DNA of 63,747 nt, filler included, from Reticulomyxa filosa (Eukaryota > Protista > Foraminifera): the NCBI GenBank assembly GCA_000512085.1. It is 23 parts of 23 records of this genome, joined end to end, with 100 filler letters (N's around TTAATTAATTAA, not from the genome) between each part and the next. Parts side by side here need not be neighbours in the genome. Positions count along the whole stretch, not along the records: positions 22,233 to 25,014 come from ASPP01029232.1; positions 25,115 to 31,064 come from ASPP01016420.1; positions 31,165 to 34,121 come from ASPP01012593.1; positions 34,222 to 49,255 come from ASPP01015642.1; 19 more parts are not named here. One strand, 5' to 3'. The notes under the pieces were generated by a model. That model worked only from the letters and a program-made list of their open reading frames with translations. It searched no databases and was not told the DNA's origin. Numbering within the stretch: position 1 is the stretch's first letter; each line of letters starts with the position of its first letter. Below are positions 23,710 to 36,520 of the stretch, piece by piece. A program made the position numbers and the translations under genes.

Positions 23710-24900
23710 TTATTTGATGGAAAAGGAATATATTTAAGATTTTCCAAATTCAGTAATATTAGCAAACAGTTTTATCAGTACTTAAGGGCCAACAAAAAAA
23801 CCCCCTTTTCTTTTTCAAAGAAAAATGTCAAAATAATATCCAATCCTCCATACAATTTTTTAAGTTTCCAAACCGAAGAAGAAGAAGCATTTATCAAAAG
23901 CTTATTGGGAGAGTGTATCTCGCCATTGATCCCTTCTAAAAGTAAAGACGACGACACAGAGAGCTTCGGTGAGAATACGCCCGAGCAAACACTTCCTGAA
24001 ATATGTCCAGGAATACTTGCGAATGGTCCGTGAGGTAACAATAGATAAGGAAAATTTGGATTACTTGAATCACCACAGAACGTTTTACATATGCGACATG
24101 ACATACAATCCCCAGTATTGGATGATTGTTGAAAAGGAATCATTCGCTGTACGTTACGAAAACGGCGGATTGCCGTCACGAAACACTTTATCATCACTTC
24201 AATTTTTCAAAATTACACATTACAACACCGCCCCAATCTATTTGAATACTGCCAAGTCGGTGATGATTTATACAATGGATGTCAATATCGTGGTTTCTGA
24301 TGGATCGTCGAACAAGGTTCCCACCACAAGTTTTGAAACGTCAAAAAAAAAAAGGGTTCCCCCCTTTTTTTGAACTAGAGACAGTTCGACTATAAATCTT
24401 TTTTTATAAAAAAAATTAAAATAGATTTTTTTTTTTAAAAAAAAAAAGGCAAAAATTGATGAACACTGTTGCTATGGTGTCATGATTGGCACCCAATTCA
24501 AAAATTTTTTTGCTGAATTGGAAATTTCCGGAAACCTTTTTCGTGCACTTGAATTCCCCATACAATCGACTTCAATGCTGTGCTTGTGTTGCTGATCAGA
24601 TGGATATGACACGTATGGGACTTTTAAGGCATGTCTTACGCCGAAGTCATGGACGAACTGCGGAGAAATAATAACAGTATCATTCATCATGCTGTGTACG
24701 GAGCGGAACAGCAGACAAGCCACTTTCTTGAGATAGCGCTATGCGCAACAAGGACCCCTTTAGGCTTGGAGAGATGCTAGAACGTTGAAACTGATGTATA
24801 CATCCACCATTGTTGAAGCTGTTCGGACTTGTGGCAACACCTTCGAAAGTATTGGCGAAAGTGAACTGAAACGCATTTGGGGTCCAAATTTCATGAATAT
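23710..24900 (+). pseudogene. Unidentified frameshifted gene or pseudogene
   Basis: Overlapping protein-like ORFs 23476..24033, 23969..24373 and 24486..24671 with frame switches and stops; no family recognised. Confidence 0.35.
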
Positions 24901-25114
24901 TTAAAAAAAAAAGTGACAAAAAACATTTACATAGCGTACATAAACACATGCCGCCACAAATACCTGGGTTAAACATACAAAAGTAATGTTAAATCCCTAA
25001 TGTTTTTCTTTCATNNNNNNNNNNNNNNNNNNNNNNNNNNNNNNNNNNNNNNNNNNNNTTAATTAATTAANNNNNNNNNNNNNNNNNNNNNNNNNNNNNN
25101 NNNNNNNNNNNNNN

Positions 25115-25405
25115 TCTTCTTCTTCTTCTTCTTCTTCTTCCACTTCTTCTTCTTCTTCACTTGCTGTCTCGGCCACATTCCCTGATTTTATTAGGCTTTG
25201 GTTCAATTTGCTATTGTATTCCGCGTTTTTTAGTGATGTGTCTATGTCGTCACTTGGCCCGAAACCTTCTGCAGATTGATATTTTTGTACATCGTTCTTG
25301 TTCTTTAAAATACCCTTTGGGGCTGTTTGCTCCTGCTTCGAGGAATTTGACGAGGCTGATGCCTCTTCTTCTGTTGGATGAGACTTCTTCTTTCGCCAAA
25401 ACGGC
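25115..25405 (-). CDS. Exon of a low-complexity acidic protein (truncated by contig end)
   Basis: Open frame WRKKKSHPTEEEASASS...APKGILKNKND...ETASEEEEEVEEEE running into the gap. Confidence 0.45.
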
Positions 25406-25775
25406 TATTTTTTTTTTTTTTCTTAAATGTAATGATGAACAAGAGTCACGAAAATTTCGTCAATCTGACCCTAGAGAGTTATTAGCTAGCTTTTTTTTTT
25501 TTTTGTCGGCCGTGAGCAACACTTTTTGACAGTTACTCAATGTCGTCTTTCTCGTGCATCCAAAGTGTGATAGAGTTTTTAAATTGAAGAATTATCACTG
25601 AGAAAAAAAAATTAAATTTAAGTAGACACCCATCAGTGCCAAATGTCTACAAACAATGCACAAATGCGTGGTCAATTTACGGAATTTTACAACTGTCAGA
25701 AACAAAATGATTTGTAATGCAATGCTTGAGTTTTTTCATTCTTTTTGCGCAACCTTCCACTATTTTGGAAAAAAA

Positions 25776-26985
25776 ATGATGTTGTCATGTGGCCTTCTAG
25801 CAGTTATATTTGGCCTGTTTTTGACAACAGAAGGCTCTAACGAGAAAAGATTGAAATGGGATCCTAACACCTATTCTCAGTCGTTTGCCAACTACACGTT
25901 GATGTACGCATATGGTGCATATTGTTCCGAAGAATCCTTAAAGTCGTGGTCTTGCAAATGGTGTCAATATGTGCCAGGATTTGAAGTAGATGAAGTGTTT
26001 AGCCTGGATCATTTGCAGGCGTTTACCGGATATGATTCTGTGTACAATCAAGTGGTAGTATCGTTTCGAGGCACATCAAATCTGCCAGATTGGGGTTTCG
26101 ACCTTGATCCTTGGCCAATTGAATATCCCGGAATCACTGGTATGCAATATCAATCAAGATATTTTTGTTCGTAAGTATGAAAACCAAGAAAAGAAAAAAG
26201 GATTTTATTGACTGTGTTGTAAATGTTTTGTCATAACATAGGTGCCATGGTGGACAAAGGTAAGTAAACCGTATATATATACATATATATAAATATATGT
26301 GCACATAAAATTTTTTTTTGATACAATAAAAAAAAAAATGATGGCAGGTTTTTACGATGCATGGCAAGATTTAAAATCAGGTGTATTGCAATCCGCTGTA
26401 AAATTGATTGCAGCACATAAAGAATCTCAAATATTGATTACAGGTTGATGCTGAGAGGGTCAAAATATATATTGCAAATTTGTATTTTGTTGTGGATATT
26501 TGAATCTGCCATAGGACATAGTTTGGGCGCAGCTTTGGCACAAGTAGCAGCTTTGGATATTTTTGTCAATGCAACAATGCTAAATAGCAGTGGATATCGT
26601 TTTGTTCAGACATTTGGCTCTCCACGTTGGTGTAATGATGTTCTGGTCAATTATTTTGAGCAAATTATTGACGTACATTGGCGACTGGTCAACTTATATG
26701 ACGTCGGTTTGTTTATTTTTTTTTGTTTATTTTTTATCAAGGGAGAAAAAGGAAGATAAAAAAAATCACTGCGGAACATTGTTTGCCAAACTTGCAACAG
26801 TCCCAACGGTACCACCTCAAGATAAGTATTATCACCATACGCCCACAATGGTCTGGTACAAAGATGATTCTCCATTGACGTATACAATTTGTGATGAAAG
26901 TGGAGAAGATCCAGCATGTGAGTATGTTGGATACTCAATTTATGACCATTTACATTATATGGGATTGTATGAAGATTGCACATGA
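25776..26985 (+). CDS. Secreted class 3 lipase (multi-exon)
   Basis: Signal peptide MMLSCGLLAVIFGLFL; AYC...WSCKWC; VVVSFRGTS; ITGHSLGAALA nucleophile elbow; TFGSPR; D.VPTVPP; DHLHYMG. Confidence 0.93.
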
Positions 26986-27348
26986 CAATATTTTCTTGTT
27001 TCATTTTGAAAGTGGTGACCCCTTGTTGTCATTGTAAAAACAAAAAAAAATTACTTTAAGTGAAACTAAGCAATTGTAAGGAGGTAGTACTGACAACATT
27101 CATTTTACTTTTTCAGCAAATGCATAAAATAGTGCAGAAAAAGCATGTATTTTTTCTTTGAAAAAAGAGGACGTTTTTCCCACAAATAAAAACAGCAAAT
27201 TTACTTTTGCATGACTGAAAGCTTTCATTTTGTTTTTTTTCTTCCCTTCCAATTAAATTGTTTAACTCATTTACTTGTGGTGTTTTATAATAGCACTTTC
27301 TTACACTTTTAATAAGCTCAACAAAAAACAAATAATAAAGTTTTAATT

Positions 27349-29405
27349 TTAACGCCAATCGGCACTGTGAATACCTTGCTTTTTCATATACAAGAATTTT
27401 GGTTTCTTTGTTGGTATGAGCCTGTCGCTTTCGTGTTTGAATCCTTTCTTGTTCAAAGATTTGGAAGCCAGTTGTTTCAATTTCTGCGCGGCCTTGGTAG
27501 CAGCAATGGAAGAAATACCTTTGGCAGGTCTTGGTTCTCGAGATTTGGATCGAGTCCTGGAATTTCCACGTGCAATGGATTGAAGTTTGTCACTCATGTC
27601 TTTTCCTTGGTTTTCTTTGGCAAGTTCTTGTTCTTGGTCAAATTTAACACGTCTAGACACACGTGAAGTATTGACGCCTAAATCGGACAAACTTTCGTTT
27701 AAGCTTTTCAAAGAAACATTTTGTTGTGGTCTGGCAATGACTGGTCTGTGATTGCGTACAGTTTTTTTATGGGCCGATTCCATGCGTGCCAATGTTTGTT
27801 TTCGACGAATGTATTTGAACAGCATATCATCATCGCTGGATAGATCATGAGAATTGAGATCTCTTTCCATTTCATCAACAAAGTCTTGTTCTATCGCCTG
27901 ACGTTCTTCAGCTTCCAACTTTTGCAATTTTTCACCGACGTCCGGGGAATAGAAATCACTGACATTTTTGCCATCGAATATTTCCGGGACTTTGTCAAAC
28001 TTCCATTCGTCATTTTCCAATTGCCAATGATTGCGAGTATCCCAATGGAAGACGCCGGGGCCTCCCCATTCATTTTCCAAGTCCTTGAGTAATTTTTTTT
28101 TTATTATCATTTGAATTGGGCTCGTTCCCAGGAGTGGGGAGAAGAGAAGGAGGAATGACAGGTTCACGAGCAATGTCATCTCTTTTTTCAGGCGTGGCAA
28201 CAAAGAGACGATGTTCAATGCTCTGCAGTTTATTGCTTTTTGCTTTCAGTTCGATGCGATGTGATAAGAGCATATCGCAGGCAGTGTTGCGACATTCAAT
28301 GACCCCTTCATTTTTCAAGGCGCTCATGTTGACCACTTTGATTAATGTGTTTTTGCTTTTGCTCAGCATCTTATCAATGCACTCCCGTTCATCCGGGTTC
28401 AAGCCTTCGTAGCTTCTCAAATCGCACTTGTTCAACACCACGACGATCGGCTTGTTCACAAACAGTGGCGACAACGATGCAAACAGGTCTGTCTGCGAAG
28501 CGATCGAGTATCGACACAGCGGGGACAAGTCCAGCACAAACACGATACACGCATTCAAATGGGCCATCGCTGTAATGGCTTGCATTTCAATCGTGTTGCG
28601 CTCTTCCAACGGACGATCCAATACTCCAGGACTATCGATAATCTGCCACCGCAAGTAGTCATAATCAAAGTGCCCTACATACAATGACTTGGTAGTAAAT
28701 GCATAGTTTTGCACTTCTACATTGGCTCGACTCAAGGTATTCATAATACTAGACTTGCCCACATTCGGAAATCCGCACAACAACAGTGTGCGTGTCGACG
28801 GGTCAATGGATGGCAGACGACTCATATGTTGGCGCACTTGTTCTAAATAAGCAAGTGCGGCCTTTTGCTGACGGATCACTTTCACCATTCGTCCCAATGC
28901 TGCTCGCTTCAATTGCTTGCAACGATACAAACTGTCACCATATTTCAACAGCTTCACGTAATCCTTTCCTATATTCCCGATTATCTGACGACTTATATTC
29001 AATTGACCTAACGCCAATTTATAATGGTCTCTGTCGTACAACACGTTGATCAAATCTGCGTAAAACGGATGCAATGTCTCGTACTTTGGAAATTCCTCGA
29101 TCATCTTCGTCAAACGCTCCACAATGTTTTGCTGTGTAAATCGCACCTTTCGCATGTAAAACTGTCGAATGCGTGCTGTTCACATTTTCATTTATGCTCA
29201 AATGTTTTTTGTTTGCTTCCTTGTTTTAACCTCTCTCTCTCTCTCTTTTTTCTCTCCTTCTTGCTTTCAGATCCGACACTTAACATATTTTCCATTTATT
29301 TCGTACAATTGTTGGGGTTTGGCGGTTCGTGCGTGATAGCATCACGTCTACAAAATTATCCGCAGACGGAATTTTGCATACATCACGAAAATTATACTTC
29401 ACCAT
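27349..29405 (-). CDS. NOG1: Nucleolar GTP-binding protein 1 (one intron ~29178-29283; apparent A-run frameshift ~28095)
   Basis: MVKYNF...RTNRQTPT, RQFYMRKVRF, HPFYADLINVLYDRDHYKLALGQ, CGFPNVGKSS, YAFTTKSL, DSPGVLDRPLEERNTIEMQ, and C-terminal PEIFDGKNVSDF and ADWR*. Confidence 0.97.
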
Positions 29406-30025
29406 CTTCAAGATGATCCGAATTTATGTTAGACAATGATGAAAGGGCTTATTTGAACAAGAATATTTTATCCCTTGGGTTTTTTTAATTTGATGCTCCA
29501 CAATTACACATTGCAACAGTATTACGATTTTCCAAAAAAAGCATAAATACAAAGTTAGTGCCAATTACAACACAGAAGAGTGGTTTGAATTGTAACGGTA
29601 TCAAAGCTATTTCAAAGTACTAGAACAATGAGAATGACATGGCTGATTGCACAAAATGTTTAAAGCCTAATTCTAAACTAATTGTTGCAATTGTGAAAAC
29701 AATCAAACTCTTTTTTATTTTAATACTGTTTGAAGAATCAGTTATTTGCAAGGTAAAGTTCTGTTACTATTATACTAATCCCCTGGATTGAATTGAGGAC
29801 CCAATATAAAAGATGTTATTCCATAAAGTGCGCCAGAAAGAAAAGCGAATATGAAAAACAATGTGATCGAAGATTAGTTATGAAAAAAAATAATTTAGAA
29901 ACACTGAATAGATTCGAGATTGAACAACTTGCGACTTCATTTGAGCTAATATCTCAAAGGAACATTGTTGGCTTATCCTCAAAAGTATAAAATATGCACC
30001 AAAAATGTCCAACAAAACATGTTAT

Positions 30026-31040
30026 TCAATCAGCACCTGCCAATGATGGTCCTTTATCTTGGTCCTCGAGCAGGCGTTGCGTTTGGTTTGTTTGATTGAT
30101 ACTTTGGCTGCCCACAATACCGTGTTGTGAAATAACGACTTTGTGGTTGTTGCTGTGACTGTAGCTGTGGCTATCCATAGTTTGTCGATAGGGTACACCG
30201 GATTGTCCCATCGATCCGGCGTTTGTCCTGTAGTGTTTGGGAGGTTGATACTTGAGACACGAAGTACAGATGCAAATCAAAATGCCAGCACCGCCGATTA
30301 CGAAAGCGGCAAATTCAATATATGTCCATGTGATATCCTTTTCAAATTATTTTTAAAGAACACATCTTTCAAAAGTGCAAGAGAAAAAGAAAAAAGAGAT
30401 TTAACATTGCTAGGTCTTTTTAAAGCATCATCTAACAGATGCATACTGCCAAATCCAAGTCGGTTGTTTGTTTCATCAAAAATGACGTAATAATTTCTGA
30501 GAAATGTGTCCCCAAAGATATACGTGTGGTCACCCATTTGATCAATGGCACTGATGGCTAGGCAAAAGTAGCCCTCTTTGCTTGTGCAAGCATCTTCGAT
30601 CATATAGTCTTGAGGAGTCAATATAAACTATTTTTTTTTTCCCCCCCCCATTCCCCATTTCCTTATTTGCCTAATGTTCGTAATACCCTCCTTTTAAAAT
30701 AGTAGTAACAAATACAAATACAATATGCAAATGCACGCAAGCATTTAGTTACCGCTTTTTTATGAATTTGAATCCACAAATTGGGCAAGCTGGACAAAGC
30801 ACTTTCAGGACAAATGAATTGCCCATAGGAATTCCAACAATTTTTCCCGACCGAAGACATGTTGTCGACCAACGTATTGTACTCCTTCGAAGGCATAGTA
30901 ATGTACGATGTCCCACTGTCGAGCAATGCCAAACAAGGATCACTGTCTTTGCATGTGTCCACCCACACACCGTTTGACTCGTTCAATGTTGTTTCGTTAT
31001 TGGCAGTGTACAATAGTCCGACGTACTCAATAAACCACAT
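30026..31040 (-). CDS. Pepsin-like (A1) aspartic protease, C-terminal part with probable TM anchor
   Basis: CLALLDSGTSYITMP (second catalytic Asp), YIFGDTFLRNYYVIFDETNNRLGFG, then a hydrophobic/Cys segment and tail. Confidence 0.9.
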
Positions 31041-31956
31041 CCCTTTGTTTGTTTTTTTTTTTTTNNNNNNNNNNNNNNNNNNNNNNNNNNNNNNNNNNNN
31101 NNNNNNNNTTAATTAATTAANNNNNNNNNNNNNNNNNNNNNNNNNNNNNNNNNNNNNNNNNNNNCCCCGTTTTTTTTTTTTTTTTTTGAAAAAAAAAAAA
31201 AACACATCACTATTCTTAGAAGGCGTTTCTCCAACTTTTAGTCGCAATTGGGCAAGTTCGTTTTTTAAGTGAGACATTTCCTGTCAAAGTTTTGTGGTTT
31301 GTCATACAGACGAGAAAGGAATTCAATTGATTTGCTGAGTTGGCAAATTTTTGTGAAACACATACACCTCAGCTCCAATAACAACAACAACAACAACAAA
31401 GATACGCTACACTTTCGAATCAAACGAGATAAAAGACAAAATAACTTGTGTGTGCTTTTCTTCCAGTTCTTTTATTAGGTCTCGCAACTCATTTTTCAAA
31501 ACAACCACCCATTCATTCACTTTTTCCAGTTCTTGGATCTTGCATTTCTGAAATGTTTGGAAATTCAAGGTGTTGCTCAGTTTTTACGTTTCGTTTTCCA
31601 AGTGAAACCGAAGAGGTACTTGTTACTCAACTATTGTTTCCAAGATTTGCTGATAATTTTCCATTTATTTATTTATGCTTACTAGTTTTTTTTTTAATGT
31701 CAATTTAAGACACATATCATTATGAAAAAATTGAACTTTCTTCCCTGGTTCCTCTTTCCGTTTTTACGGTGTACATTTTTTTTCTATTTTACAAATTTCC
31801 TGGTGTGTTTCAATTTTCCAAATAAATCTTTGTCCCTTGGTAATTCAAAAATTTTAGTTTTTTTGCCGTTCTTTTTGTAGAAAAGCAACATTTTGTTTTG
31901 TTTCGACGGGTCTCGGCTATAAAAAAAAACACTAGAATAAACTGTCATAAGATACG

Positions 31957-32232
31957 ATGAGGGAGGAATCAATTGTCAACGAGACCTCCTCTGAATCTTT
32001 ACTGGAAACGTCGAATGCAATTCAAGTGAAAATAGTCAAAACAGAGACTAGTCTTACCAAACAAGGCGTAAAGCCACGTCCGAGCCATGGGTGTTGTTGT
32101 GGTTGGTGTTGCTGCGACACGTGTGACTGGAACTATTGTTGGGCAGAAACGTGGTGATATTTGAAGTATTATTTAGCCGTCATCATTCCTGTTGCCCTCA
32201 TTGTTACTATTTTACTTATTGTCCTAACATAA
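31957..32232 (+). pseudogene. Cys-rich membrane protein N-terminus interrupted by an in-frame TGA
   Basis: ...HGCCCGWCCCDTCDWNYCWAETW*YLKYYLAVIIPVALIVTILLIVLT*; the frame continues into a clean TM helix after TGA 32155-32157. Confidence 0.5.
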
Positions 32233-33115
32233 GATGGACATCGAACTTTATCGACACAACTTAATATTTGTGCATTTGTAATTACTGATGAAACGAGGGT
32301 CGCAAAAACCCTTGTGGAACTATGCTCTTTTTCCTTCATTCCAAAGGAAAGACAAATTTTTTTGGTCAAATGCGTGTCAGCAAATGTTGTTGTGTTTTGA
32401 TTGTCAACTAGCTTTCTTATTTTGTTTATGTTCTGCTCCATTTGTAGGGAAGGCCCTATGATACTCGATTATTTCAACAGTAATATTCTCGTACGCTTTT
32501 CGTAAAAGTAAAATCTATTTACCAGTTTATATTTTTTTTATTTCAAACTTGTTTCATGTCGAGAATAAATTGTAGTTAGTAAATAGTAAAGTAAAGGTTT
32601 CCTGAAGACTTGTGCAACTACTTGATTTTTAAATTGTCAATCCTTGTGATATTTCAAATATTTTGACATGATTTAATATGGTTTTTAACTATCTAAAGTA
32701 TTTTTGTTTTCCAAATGTGATTTATTTTTATGGAATAGACAAACTTGTGAGAGATGCTACACAACATTTGCAACCTATTCGTTTTGTTTAATTGACGTAT
32801 TGCCTAAAAAAGTAAGCATGCTCTCATATGTTTTCACAAAAAAAATACGTATCCAAACAATAAGAAATCGTTGCCGAGAACAAGAAATGCACAAGTTTTT
32901 GAAGGAAGGGACAGCAAGGAGATTGGTTGAAATTTTGTGGATGATTGAAGTAATAGAAATAAGGAATCATGTTTGGTTGTTTTGGGGCCAGATCCGATCT
33001 AAAGCAAAATTCGTCGAAAGATGCTTCTGATGCCTCAGTTATAGTATAAGAGGAGGATGAAGGAGACAGAGGAGAGTGCGTGTGCGTGTGCGTGTGTGTG
33101 TGAAAAAAATGTTAG

Positions 33116-33940
33116 GAGAATACCAACACCGTTCCAACGAAAAGAAAAGAATTAGAAGCAAAGGAGGTGAGGAAAAGAGACAAGAAAGGAGAAGAAACGA
33201 AGGAAGAGTTGAATAGTAAAAAAGTGTTGGAATGGAGCGAAGATCAGGTGAGTGAATGGTTTGCAATAATAGGTTATCCGAATTATTGTGAGAACATATT
33301 GACGAACCATATCACTGGCAATGATTTATTGGAATTAAATAAAACAGATTTGCAGGACATGGGTATAACAATAATGGGACATATTAAAAACATATTGCGT
33401 CATGTTCACGTGCTTCAAGAAGCAAATCACTATCGGCCTTATCTTACAAATGGATCTCATCGAGACAAAGACAGAGACAGAGACAGAGACAAAGATACAA
33501 GTTTGTGTGATTCTAAAATCATGCCCTCTCATCCGTCTCTGCAACGTTCGTCCTCGTCGACATCATGTCATCAAAATGAATTGTCTCAAACCGCGGACGA
33601 TCATGACAAGCCACTTTTGATCACATCTTCAATCATGCCTCCTCCTCTTCTTCCTCCTCCTCCTCCTCATTCGTCTGTACCACTTGCCTCTGGCATTACA
33701 ACAGATTATCAGGATATGATCAACACTACCACCGTCGACACCGTCAATTCCAACATCACCAATTCCACGAATGTCAATGTCAATGTCAATGCCAATGCCA
33801 ATGCCAATGCCAATGCCAATATCATTGTCAATGCGAGTGAAAACCCCGACCTGCAGTACAGCAACTCGACATCGTCCTCGCTCTCCGCATGTTCATCCAC
33901 CTTTCGATCCGAGCAGCTTGACAAGGAGCCCAATGTTACG
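33116..33940 (+). CDS. SAM-domain protein with Pro/Asn/Ser-rich disordered region (partial)
   Basis: VLEWSEDQVSEWFAIIGYPNYCENILTNHITGNDLLELNKTDLQDMGITIMGHIKNIL is a canonical SAM pattern. Confidence 0.88.
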
Positions 33941-34295
33941 CATCCACTGTATTTGATATACACCACATACGTATACGTTACATACGTACATACATACAAT
34001 ACATACACGAACAATCTATTTCAATTTCTTTTGGTTCTTGTTGTTGAAAAACGCATGTGTATACGTGTATATTCAGCTCATACTTGTTTGTTTGTTTCTT
34101 TCTTTTGATTTTTTTTTTTTTNNNNNNNNNNNNNNNNNNNNNNNNNNNNNNNNNNNNNNNNNNNNTTAATTAATTAANNNNNNNNNNNNNNNNNNNNNNN
34201 NNNNNNNNNNNNNNNNNNNNNATTCTCTAAAAAAAAAAAAAAAAAAATTTTTTTTTTTTTTTTTTAGGTGATCCCTCCCCCCCCCTTTTTAATAC

Positions 34296-34600
34296 CGGTG
34301 GCATTGTCACCATCAAATCCACGTTGAAAGTCTTGGCTTGAGGCATAGACACATTGAAACATATCCCGTGGTACAAAAACGATCCGATCAACTCGCTTTT
34401 TATTGACGTGTCGATCGACTTCAAGTCCTCTTGCAGCTCTTTTATCATTCCGCGGATCGTGTTCAGCTGCTTTTCTTCCAGTCCAAAGGTTTGAAGCCAT
34501 TTCTTTTGATGCCAAAATAAACTAAAGTTTTTATCACGTGGTTCCACTTTATACGGGAGAACATTTGAATGAGGCTTTTTGCACCACATTGTCAATGTCT
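34296..34600 (-). CDS. Possible Nrap/NOL6/Utp22-like N-terminal exon
   Basis: LIGSF...NVDLMVTMP resembles the degenerate nucleotidyltransferase motif of Nrap proteins; short fragment only. Confidence 0.4.
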
Positions 34601-34852
34601 CAAGGTTTTTTTTTTTATTGTGTCTTCCCCTTTAAATCTGAACTCCAATCATTAGCCAAATGACAAATTGCTTCTTTATTGCATTGTGTGCCACAAAGAA
34701 GCTGTTTTAAAATGGAAAATCATATTTTCTCAGAAACTTAAAAAAAAAAGTATGTCGATGGAACCATTTTAAAAAAGAGTTTTTCCTTCATAGTTATTTT
34801 TTTAAGGAGAAGTTATTAGATAAGGCATATCAAATATAATACAAATTTGACA

Positions 34853-35646
34853 ATGACGTCGCAACCATCCTCGAATTCGTTCACAGTTGGACGAATGGGA
34901 GAAAAAACAAAAAAAATATTGGAAGATTGGAAGGCAAACGCGAACAAGCCGGCAGCGAAAGAGGAACGAAAGGTGCGGCGAATGGAAGAGGAAGAAATCG
35001 AGAGTGCAGTGGTCTGGACCAAATATGAGACGACACAAAGAGAGGTGGGGAGATTTGACCCCAACGTGATCGAGACAAGATTGGCAACATCAGAATCCAC
35101 ATCCGCACAAAAGCAAGCAGGGAAATCGAGTCAAGGCAAATCCAATGTCATCAATCAAAAGAATGAAGAAATTAAACTTTCAATTAAAAATCAAATCGAA
35201 GACGAAGTTCTGACAATACATAACATTATCATATCGAAAAAAAAAAATTTTATTTTTTGTTTCAATGAATTTCTTGGAATGATCAGGGAACCAACCATCA
35301 CACTCAAAAAAAAAAAAAGGTGAAAAAGGTAATAAAAACATCAAATTGGCAAAAAGATAAAGTTTCGGAATGGACACATGATATCATAGAAAAAGTCGGA
35401 GAATTGTTCAGTGACAAGTTGCCACGAGACAAAGTGTACAAGTATGCCATTGACGTCCTCATTTTGCAATCGACACCGGTTGCACGCCAATCGGAGACGG
35501 TCATGACGCCGTTGAATGACTTTGTTTGGAATCTGAAAATCAAAAACGGAAATGGTATCACCGTCGTGTTAAATGCCTACGCCTTCCAAGTGGCCACCGC
35601 CGTTGAAAACGACGACGCGGATGACGATGCCACTCCGCTCAGTTAA
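34853..35646 (+). CDS. Tctex-1 family dynein light chain with N-terminal extension (intron 35207-35319)
   Basis: IEDEVKKVI...WQKDKVSEWTHDIIEKV...YKYAIDVLILQ...ND...NGITVVLNAYAF follows the Tctex-1 fold pattern. Confidence 0.75.
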
Positions 35647-36520
35647 ATTACTCTTCCATTCATCTTCTCTCCCAGCATTTTCTCCGATCCTTCAAAAAAA
35701 AAAAACCAACACTTTCTCTGTTTCTCATTGCAAAATCTTCGTGCGTCACGATCCAAATACAAACACATATCCCACATGTTCATCCCCCCTTAAAATAAAG
35801 GGATGAACAATTTCATAACTTTATCATCGCCACTTCATTATCATCTGTAGATAAACTTACTTTTTTTTTTGTCTCTCTTTCATCATCAAAAGAAATAAAA
35901 TAAAAAGATTGGAGAAGTTTGAGTTTTAAATGTTGACACTTTTTTTTTTTTTTTTGGTTCTTCTTTTTTTCTTTCTTGCCAGTTTAATTTTTAGCACAGT
36001 TTTCTATTTTGTTTGAACCAATGCTACGCTAAAATGGTGGAATACAAATTTTATACATATATAAATATGCATATGTAAGTGTGATCTTGAAAAGTTGAAA
36101 AAAAAAGTGTATTTCAATCCTTTTTTATTTTGTCAGAAAGTAGCGTGGCGTTTTTCTTTTTTTTTTTTTTGTATTTGAAAGAAGTGTTGGGAGAAAAATC
36201 AGTTTGTGATTTGATTAAACCAACTTAAACTTACGACAAAAAAAGTTGAAAACAAATTCTTGCTAAAGTAATTTAGCTTGAAGATTGTGTAAAATTGTTG
36301 AATCTTTTTGTAAACTTAAATTTATTCGTGGAATGGCAACAATCGAAGAAAAGAGATGTTGATCATTGATTATTAATCGTTAATTTTTGCTGATTTCTAC
36401 AAGTCGAAGGAAGAGAAACAACAAAAAGTTGTGACAATTGTTTGATTTGGCAATATAACAAAAAAAAAAAAAAAACAATAATTCAAAGGAGTTGATGAAA
36501 GAGTAAGTAAAATACAAAGT

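Noticed and set aside
3960-28105. Programmed ribosomal frameshifting in PRP3 (two sites) and NOG1
   Set aside because: All sites fall in homopolymer runs, go in mixed directions, lack a stop or stimulatory structure at the site, and sit in essential genes. They are best explained as homopolymer sequencing errors, which raw reads would settle.
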